Assembly: GCA_959600905.1 (NCBI GenBank)
Contig: CAUGNO010000003.1
Coordinates: 113,136 to 177,135, forward strand
Reading direction: 5' to 3'
DNA: 64,000 nt
Origin: an uncultured Eubacteriales bacterium
Lineage (GTDB): Bacteria; Bacillota; Clostridia; Christensenellales; QAND01
Shown: one piece after another, positions 57,373 to 64,000 of the stretch
How the letters are laid out: each line of letters starts with the position of its first letter
Numbering within the stretch: position 1 is the stretch's first letter
The notes under the pieces: generated by a model
The model's database searches: none
Told to the model about the DNA's origin: nothing
The model's input: only the letters and a program-made list of their open reading frames with translations
Position numbers and translations under genes: made by a program

Positions 57373-57548
57373 TTTCTGTTTCCCTCCTTCCTTCATTTAT
57401 CCTACTTTTCTGTCTCATACATTTAGTATACGATATTTTTCAGGACACTCCGACATAAAAATTTAGTATTTTTAAGAAAAATGCACTTTATATATGCTTG
57501 TATCTTCATGTAAATACAGGATCTGGGGCAATACTATTTTCTATAAAA

Positions 57549-57583
57549 GCATCGCTTGACAATATGCGAAGCGATGCTACAAT
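57549..57583 (+). promoter_or_regulatory. promoter TTGACA-16-TACAAT for the SDR gene, embedded in a perfect 9-bp inverted repeat GCATCGCTT-N11-AAGCGATGC (candidate operator)
   Basis: Exact reverse-complement arms overlap the -35 box and spacer; no T-run follows, so it is not a terminator. Confidence 0.4.
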
Positions 57584-57620
57584 ATTAGTAATAATTCTTA
57601 TTATTAAGGAGGGAATTTAT

Positions 57621-58370
57621 ATGAAGCTATTGAAGGATAAAGTTGCCATTGTAACGGGCGGTACGCGTGGAATCGGTGCGGCCATCGTTCGTACCTATTT
57701 GCAGCAGGGCGCAACGGTAGCGCTTTGGGGATCTCGTCAGCAAACGGTGGACCAAGCGCTGTCGCGGATACGTGAGGAGATGCCGGACGCCTGCGTGCAG
57801 GGATATGCGCCAAACCTTTTAGACCCAGAGAGCGTTGCCACCGCCATGGCGCAGGTTGTTTCTGATTGGGGGCGGCTGGATATTCTTGTCAACAATGCCG
57901 GCGTATCCGCCAGAGAGTCTTTGTATGACTATGCTCCCTCTGCCTTTGAATCTACGCTGGATCTCAATGTGAAGGCCGTGTTCCTTTGCGCCCAAGCCGC
58001 AGCACGCATCATGAAGGAGCAGGGCGGCGGCGTCATCCTCAATACCAGCTCTATGGTCAGCCTTTATGGCCAGCCTTCGGGCGTTGCCTACCCCACCTCC
58101 AAGTTTGCCGTCAACGGATTGACAAAATCTCTGGCTCGTGAGCTCGGCAAAGACAATATTCGTGTCAATGCAGTGGCACCTGGGATCATTCGCACAGATA
58201 TGGTGGCCGCTCTGCCGGAATCCATGATCGCTCCTATGGTAGCTGCCGTACCGCTGGGCCGCATCGGCGAGCCATCGGATATTGCCAACGCTTTTCTGTT
58301 TTTGGCCAGCGACCTGGCCAGCTATGTGACGGGAGAGATCCTATCTGTTGACGGCGCCGCTATGGTCTAG
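57621..58370 (+). CDS. SDR family oxidoreductase (FabG-like)
   Basis: TGGTRGIG, NNAG, catalytic Y(157)xxxK (YPTSK). 249 aa. Start at the ATG with an AAGGAGGG RBS. Confidence 0.85.
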   Translation: MKLLKDKVAIVTGGTRGIGAAIVRTYLQQGATVALWGSRQQTVDQALSRIREEMPDACVQGYAPNLLDPESVATAMAQVVSDWGRLDILVNNAGVSARESLYDYAPSAFESTLDLNVKAVFLCAQAAARIMKEQGGGVILNTSSMVSLYGQPSGVAYPTSKFAVNGLTKSLARELGKDNIRVNAVAPGIIRTDMVAALPESMIAPMVAAVPLGRIGEPSDIANAFLFLASDLASYVTGEILSVDGAAMV

Positions 58371-58373
58371 TGA

Positions 58374-60169
58374 TCAAGGCTCTATCGCCAAATAGTACAT
58401 GCTGAAGCGATCCACGATCCATGTACAATACTTGGCTTCCATCCATTTGGCTCGGTTCTTTTCTTTTCCATAGGCGTCATCGCCTATGGCTGCCGGGTCA
58501 TGCAGTAAGAACCAGGTGGAGTCTCCGATGGTCTTGTAGCCGTAAATGACAAAGCAGTGCCCGCTTTCGCGCACGTCATAATCGTTGCATTGGCAAAATA
58601 AAATTTTGCCTGCTTTTAGGTCCTCTATCATATTTTGCATGGATACCTGTCTTTGCATATACGATACGCCATGCCGTTCCAACGTTTTTTCTACAGGGTA
58701 AATCGTCCACCCCCTGTCAGCTTGGGAAACGCATTGCGCAAAGACTCCACGCTCTCTGCAAAATCCGGGTCTTTCCACTTCAGCGCCATGGCAGTGGCCG
58801 TCGGCATACAGTTGATATCGCTGTATGTCCCCGTGTCGTTCTGCGTGTAATACCAATCATAAGGCCTGTCATTGATCTGCTCGCTGGTTTCCAGCTGCGG
58901 GACAGGTCTATTTTCATACAGCGCGCTCAGCTGCGCTACGCTGTGAACCATCTGTTGGTAGGTCAGCGGTGCATACAAAGCATCGCCCATCTGTCGGTCC
59001 GGATCATACCATGCCGCCATATAAGACATGGTGAAGTCCTGAATCCATTCCGGCAGTATCTCCATCCGCACCTCCAGCTCCGGCGAAAAGGTGGCAGCGG
59101 AAGGATATGTATACATAAGATCGGCAGCCACCGCTTTTTCGCACGTTTCCTCGGTAGCGTCATAAAATCCTGTATCCTGCTTTTTCACCGTGATGGAGCC
59201 TATGTTTGTTTCATAGGCCTTTACCATAAAAGCCGCCAGCGCTTCTCTTGTCAGCGGGTCCCTGGCCCCTGTCTGCTGTGCAGCAAGCTGTGAAAACCCC
59301 GTAGGGGCTCTGTCTGCCTGGGGCATAGAGGTAGCGAAAGCCTGCCCTTCCTCCATAATCCCCTGCCCAATTTGATAGGTTTCCGCCATCCAATCCATCA
59401 GGGCTGCAGCCTGTTCCAGCGTAGCCTGTTGGCTGCATATCCCATATCCCTCGCGATTGATGTTTATCATCCAACGCATCATGTCATGCATCATCAGCGC
59501 ATTGTTGACCGGATACACAGCCTGCATATCCATATCAGAATCATAGTAGTCCTGTATGCCAACGGCAATCGCCTTTCGGAATACCTCATTTTCAATGGCC
59601 GAATCTATGCCCTGTGTATCAATTTGTTTGCCCAAAATATGCTCATAGAGCGCTGTTAAAAATGCCATGGACTGCTCATTGTTTGCATTCCGTCCATATT
59701 GCCCAAGATCCGATGCAATCCCGATCTGCCGTAGCCACAGCACATCGTTTAGAAACTCTGCATCCGACAATGCCTGTGCCGTTGAATCGGTCGGAAACGC
59801 GGCCTTGCCCTGTGCATCCAAACCAATCTCCGGCAATACCAATATCGGCTGCCCCTCCGCTATAATCTGGCTTTGCAGCGTCCACTGGTCTTCCCCGGCC
59901 CTTTCCAGCGCATAGGACAGCATATAAACCCGGCCCTCTCGGCTTTCAATCTGCGCCAGCGCCTTGGCCGCAGGGCCAAACCAAGCTTCCAAAGCTTGGT
60001 TGGTTTGCTCTTCCTGCGCAAATCCCTGCAAGACCGGAATGCTGCGCCGAGTCTGCTCATACGCCGCAGCTGTTACCCTTTCTACCTGCCGGCATCCGGC
60101 CAACAAGACACACAGCATAGCCAGTATGCAAGCAAGCCCCGCTTTGATTGTATATTTTTTAATGCGCAT
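58374..60169 (-). pseudogene. lipoprotein with C-terminal papain-like (C39/C1-type) cysteine peptidase domain, split by a frameshift in a G5 homopolymer
   Basis: ORF 58691-60181 has lipoprotein signal MRIKKYTIKAGLACILAMLCVLLAGC, and the Cys region (NDTGTYSDINCMPTATAMAL) before ending. ORF 58374-58856 in another frame carries the His/Asp part (GHCFVIYGY...LLHDP). One extra G in acaGGGGGtgg fuses them (...FPKLTGGWTIYPVEK...). Confidence 0.6.
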
Positions 60170-60246
60170 GGGCCCTCCCATTTGTCCGCTCGTTTTTGCC
60201 TACTTTATCATAGGATGCGCCATCAAGCAAATCCACACCGTGCCGG

Positions 60247-60300
60247 ACCCTTCCATTGTATGCAAAAAGCCCCGCAAAATCTCTTTTGCAGGGCTTTTTT
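60247..60300 (-). terminator. terminator after clpB
   Basis: aaaaagccccgcaaaatctcttttgcagggctttttttatt, imperfect hairpin plus T-run. Confidence 0.6.
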
Positions 60301-62897
60301 TATTGTACGGTCAAACGATTGCCATCGTAATCCACCGTCAACACTGTATCCGGCGCTACATCGTCTTGTATGATTTTCTTTGCAATCAGCGTCTCTACAC
60401 GGCTTTGGATGAATCGTTTCATCGGCCTTGCACCATAGACAGCATCATACCCCTGATCGATGATATAGGCCTTTGCCTTTTCCGTTACGCTTACCTTCAG
60501 CTGCTTATCCTCCAGCCGATGCTGCAGGTCTCGAATCATCAGGTCTACAATCGAAGAGATCTCCGTCTTTGTCAGCGGCTTGTAGAACACAATCTCATCC
60601 AACCTGTTCAAAAACTCCGGTCTAAACTGCTGTTTCAACAGCGCATCCACCTGTTTTCTTGCCTGTTCGCTGATATTTCCTTTCTCATCAATGCCTTCCA
60701 GGATATAGTTGGAGCCCAAATTGGAGGTAAGGATGATGATGGTGTTTTTGAAATCCACCGTACGTCCCTGGGAATCGGTGATTCTGCCGTCATCCAACAC
60801 TTGCAGCAAGACATTGAATACATCTGGGTGTGCCTTTTCAATTTCATCAAACAGCACCACAGCATAAGGTTTTCGCCGCACAGCTTCCGTCAGCTGCCCG
60901 CCTTCCTCATAGCCTACATAGCCCGGAGGCGCCCCGATCAAGCGGGATACGGAGTATTTTTCCATGTATTCTGTCATGTCGATGCGAACGATGTTGCGTT
61001 CATCATCAAACAGCGCTTCGGCCAACGCTTTGGCAAGCTCCGTTTTCCCAACGCCCGTAGGCCCTAAAAACAGGAACGAACCAATGGGGCGGTTGGGGTC
61101 TTGTATTCCCGCCCGAGAGCGCAGAATTGCTTCCGTTACCCGCTCTACCGCTTCCTCTTGGCCAACAACGCGCTGATGCAAAATCTTATCCAGATTCAAC
61201 AGCTTTTCACGTTCGCCTTCCATCAGCTTGGCAACCGGTATCCCCGTCCACCTTGCAATGATCCGGGCAATTTCCTCTTCCGTTACCTTATCACGCAGCA
61301 AGGAATTGGAGCCTTGGCTTTCCTCTGCCAGCTTTTCCTCCTCCGATAGCTGCTTTTGCAGGCTGGGCAGCTCTCCGTACTTCAGTTCCGCTGCACGGTT
61401 TAGGTCATAGGTACGCTCCGCCTTTTCAATCTCGGCATTGACACGCTCAATGTCCTCGCGCAGCTTTTGAACCTTGGAGATGGCTTCCTTTTCATTCTCC
61501 CATTTTGCCTTCATTTCCTTAAACTGCTCACGCATCTCCGCCAGTTCTTTTTGAATCTCTTTTAGGTGCTCTTGAGACAGCTTATCATTTTCCTTGGTCA
61601 GCGCAGCCTCTTCAATCTCATGCTGCATGATCTTGCGGGAAATCTCATCCAGCTCTGTGGGCATGGAATCCATCTCCGTGCGGATCATTGCGCAAGCTTC
61701 ATCCACCAAGTCAATGGCCTTATCCGGCAAAAACCGATCCGAAATATAGCGGTTGGAAAGTACGGCCGCTGCAATGAGCGCCTGGTCCTGGATCTTTACG
61801 CCATGAAATACCTCATACCGTTCTTTCAAACCACGGAGGATGGAAATGGTGTCCTCCACCGAAGGCTCATCGACCATCACAGGCTGAAATCTGCGCTCCA
61901 ATGCGGCGTCCTTTTCGATGTATTGCCGGTATTCGTTGAGCGTCGTTGCGCCGATGCAATGCAATTCTCCCCGCGCCAACATGGGTTTTAGCAGATTGCC
62001 GGCGTCCATTGCGCCATCGGTTTTTCCCGCGCCCACAATGGTATGCAGCTCGTCGATGAAAAGAATGATCCTTCCTTCGCTTTTACGAACCTCCTCCAGC
62101 ACCGCCTTAAGCCTTTCTTCAAACTCTCCGCGGAATTTTGCGCCGGCCACCAAAGAGCCCATATCCAAGGAAAAGATCTTTCTTTCCTTAAGGTTATCGG
62201 GTACGTCGCCGCGTACGATACGCAGCGCAAGCCCTTCTGCAATGGCCGTCTTCCCTACGCCAGGTTCACCAATCAGAACCGGGTTGTTTTTTGTCTTTCT
62301 GGATAGGATCCGAATGACGTTCCGTATCTCAGAATCCCTGCCAATGACGGGATCCAGCTTATGCTCACGCGCCAATTCCACCAAATCAGAGCCGTATTTT
62401 TTCAGTACGTCGTAGGTGGATTCCGGGTTATCGCTTGTTACGCGTGTATTGCCCCGCACCGTAGCCAATACCTTGGCAAACGAATCCTTGGTAATGGAAT
62501 ATTCGCGAAACAGCGTCTTTAGCGTGTCATTTGGCTGCTCTATCAGCGCCATCATAATATGCTCTACCGAAACATACTCATCCTTCATGCGCTCCGCGGT
62601 TTTTTCCGCCAGATTTAAAACGCTTTCCACGTCACTGGCCACATACACATTGCCACCAGCCGTCCCGCTGCCGGATACATGCGGCATCGTATCGATTCTC
62701 TGGCGCAGGCGCTGCAAAAACGCCTGTTGCCCTACCCCCATTTTAATCAATAGCTGACCAATCAGCCCTTCTTGCTGGTTTGCCAGCGCATACAATAGAT
62801 GTTCCTGCTCAATCTGTGGGTTTTGATGCTCGCTGGCCACCTGCTGTGCCTGCTGAATCGCCTCTATGGATTTTTGTGTAAATTTTTGAATATTCAT
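60300..62897 (-). CDS. clpB: ATP-dependent chaperone ClpB
   Basis: 865 aa. Clp_N repeats, NBD1 (GEPGVGKT), long coiled-coil M domain, NBD2 (GPTGVGKT), sensor-2. Confidence 0.95.
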   Translation of the reverse strand: MNIQKFTQKSIEAIQQAQQVASEHQNPQIEQEHLLYALANQQEGLIGQLLIKMGVGQQAFLQRLRQRIDTMPHVSGSGTAGGNVYVASDVESVLNLAEKTAERMKDEYVSVEHIMMALIEQPNDTLKTLFREYSITKDSFAKVLATVRGNTRVTSDNPESTYDVLKKYGSDLVELAREHKLDPVIGRDSEIRNVIRILSRKTKNNPVLIGEPGVGKTAIAEGLALRIVRGDVPDNLKERKIFSLDMGSLVAGAKFRGEFEERLKAVLEEVRKSEGRIILFIDELHTIVGAGKTDGAMDAGNLLKPMLARGELHCIGATTLNEYRQYIEKDAALERRFQPVMVDEPSVEDTISILRGLKERYEVFHGVKIQDQALIAAAVLSNRYISDRFLPDKAIDLVDEACAMIRTEMDSMPTELDEISRKIMQHEIEEAALTKENDKLSQEHLKEIQKELAEMREQFKEMKAKWENEKEAISKVQKLREDIERVNAEIEKAERTYDLNRAAELKYGELPSLQKQLSEEEKLAEESQGSNSLLRDKVTEEEIARIIARWTGIPVAKLMEGEREKLLNLDKILHQRVVGQEEAVERVTEAILRSRAGIQDPNRPIGSFLFLGPTGVGKTELAKALAEALFDDERNIVRIDMTEYMEKYSVSRLIGAPPGYVGYEEGGQLTEAVRRKPYAVVLFDEIEKAHPDVFNVLLQVLDDGRITDSQGRTVDFKNTIIILTSNLGSNYILEGIDEKGNISEQARKQVDALLKQQFRPEFLNRLDEIVFYKPLTKTEISSIVDLMIRDLQHRLEDKQLKVSVTEKAKAYIIDQGYDAVYGARPMKRFIQSRVETLIAKKIIQDDVAPDTVLTVDYDGNRLTVQ

Positions 62898-62920
62898 AGC
62901 TTCCTCGCTTCCTACCGCCG

Positions 62921-63586
62921 TTATATTTCCGGCAGCCCGTGTTTTACATATTGTTCATACAGATCCTGCGCTTCATGCGCCGCTGTATGCGGGTCTTCCA
63001 AATTGGAAAAATACCGTTTGAGAATGGTATCAAACATCGTAAGGTACGCCTCTATATTATGCGCAATACTTTCATGATCCTTTCCTTCTTTTGTCGAGGG
63101 TGTCGACAGCTTCCGGGACAGCTTGCCCGGCTCCATATGGTACTCTATGGGCTTTTGCTGTACCGCAGCAGCGTGCTCATTTTCCAGCCGCGCCCAAAGC
63201 CTGGCAAATTCCTCTAAATCGTCCATCAACTGTTGGCTTTGCGTTCTCACCATCACCCTCAATTCACCCACAGCGTCCTGTGGCTCTCGGTATAGTTCAA
63301 CGCAATATCGAATCACAGGGCGGTATTTATATTGCAGCGGGCTTTTGATGGAAATCATCGTCTGCGAAGGCTGCGCCTGTAGCTGAAAACCGCTATGCCG
63401 CTGTATCGATTGCTCTAAATATTGAAATATATCCTGATACCGCATTTCCGGCGTAACCATCTGCAATTTTTCCGCCAAAATCTGATTGATTAGATTGGAT
63501 CGGCTGGTATGCATGGCATAGGCCAGCTCATCGATCCGACGGATAACATCATCCATCAATACCAGGCTGTATACACTACGGTTCAT
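62921..63586 (-). CDS. hypothetical protein with N-terminal ribbon-helix-helix (CopG/Arc-like) DNA-binding motif
   Basis: MNRSVYSLVLMDDVIRRIDELAYAMHTSRSNLINQILAEKL has a beta-strand, helix, helix pattern. 24 nt upstream of and co-oriented with clpB. Preceded by a TTGACA-N16-TATAAT promoter (about 63612-63640) and the livF terminator. Confidence 0.45.
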   Translation of the reverse strand: MNRSVYSLVLMDDVIRRIDELAYAMHTSRSNLINQILAEKLQMVTPEMRYQDIFQYLEQSIQRHSGFQLQAQPSQTMISIKSPLQYKYRPVIRYCVELYREPQDAVGELRVMVRTQSQQLMDDLEEFARLWARLENEHAAAVQQKPIEYHMEPGKLSRKLSTPSTKEGKDHESIAHNIEAYLTMFDTILKRYFSNLEDPHTAAHEAQDLYEQYVKHGLPEI

Positions 63587-63672
63587 ATCTTTCTCTCCTC
63601 TTTATTGAATATTATATTCTTATTATTTAATTTGTCAACAATATTATATAATTTTATTTTCAAATTTTATAT

Positions 63673-63706
63673 AAAAAAAGAGGGGATAACCCCTCTTTGC
63701 TTTTTT
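63673..63706 (-). terminator. terminator after the livF-like gene
   Basis: aaaaaaagaggggataacccctctttgctttttt. Confidence 0.8.
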
Positions 63707-64000
63707 AGCCGCCCAAATAGGCTTTGCGTACTTGTTCGTTGTTTGAAAGCTCTTTGGCGTCGCCGCTCATTACAACCTGCCCTGTTTCCAACACGTAGGC
63801 ACGGTTTGCGATATTCAGCGCCATCTTTGCATTCTGCTCTACCAACAATACCGTAACCCCGGTTTTATTTACATCTTGAATAATGCTGAAAATTTCCTGT
63901 ACCAAGATTGGAGACAACCCCATAGAAGGCTCATCGAGCAGCAGCATTTTTGGTTTGCTCATCAACGCTCTGCCAATGGCCAGCATCTGCTGCTCTCCGC
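63705..64000 (-). CDS. livF: branched-chain amino acid ABC transporter ATP-binding protein (LivF-like), C-terminal part; N-terminus outside window
   Basis: [32 protein letters not shown]...[30 protein letters not shown]. Confidence 0.8.
   Translation of the reverse strand, partial: GEQQMLAIGRALMSKPKMLLLDEPSMGLSPILVQEIFSIIQDVNKTGVTVLLVEQNAKMALNIANRAYVLETGQVVMSGDAKELSNNEQVRKAYLGG

Noticed and set aside
1-64000. CRISPR arrays, insertion sequences, integrases or prophage genes
   Set aside because: None seen. The only repeats are the 116-bp tandem duplication and the 25-nt tRNA 5' copy. No transposase- or recombinase-like ORFs.

Overview
64 kb chromosomal window from a sporulating Clostridia-type Firmicute (about 55% GC, gene content typical of Oscillospiraceae/Ruminococcaceae). 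The window is dense core and accessory chromosome. It contains no phage, transposon or CRISPR array, and no single conspicuous novel multigene system.

Main content, in order along the window:
- arsR-arsP-thioredoxin arsenical-resistance operon, with a consensus sigma-A promoter and an inverted-repeat operator
- sporulation/germination loci: sleB-ypeB-spoIIR, SipL-like DUF3794/LysM protein, veg, spo0A, a divergent class B PBP, and a cwlJ/gerQ-like pair
- ispE, rsmA, yabE-like 3D-domain protein, and a tandem cluster of small Cys-rich DUF1540 ORFs
- ABC-F ATPase, fhs, queT, tRNA-Ala(CGC) with a 25-nt copy of its 5' end upstream
- several regulator-plus-transporter or enzyme modules: LysR, MarR, GntR/YtrA-like plus ABC transporter, OmpR/HK two-component system plus VanY-like carboxypeptidase, Crp/Fnr plus ferredoxin plus URO-D family protein
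- murC, glnA, nadE, metA, an FMN riboswitch controlling a RibU-like ECF S-component, ybaK, PlsC-like acyltransferase, ACT/UPF0210 pair, NhaP2-type antiporter, SDR, clpB preceded by a ribbon-helix-helix protein, and a partial livF

Things worth a second look:
- two genes, an AI-2E transporter and a lipoprotein with a papain-like peptidase domain, are split by single-base frameshifts inside homopolymer runs (T9 and G5); these are either assembly errors or genuine/phase-variable pseudogenes
- a perfect tandem 116-bp duplication copying a gene 3' end plus its terminator
- overlapping-frame DUF1540 ORFs
- an RHH-protein-clpB operon with no CtsR or CIRCE element
- a possible VanRS-like two-component system with a VanY-like carboxypeptidase
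- an unannotated gap of about 500 bp

Manually derived coordinates may be off by 1-2 nt; I could not fully reconcile my line indexing with the ORF track at two places.
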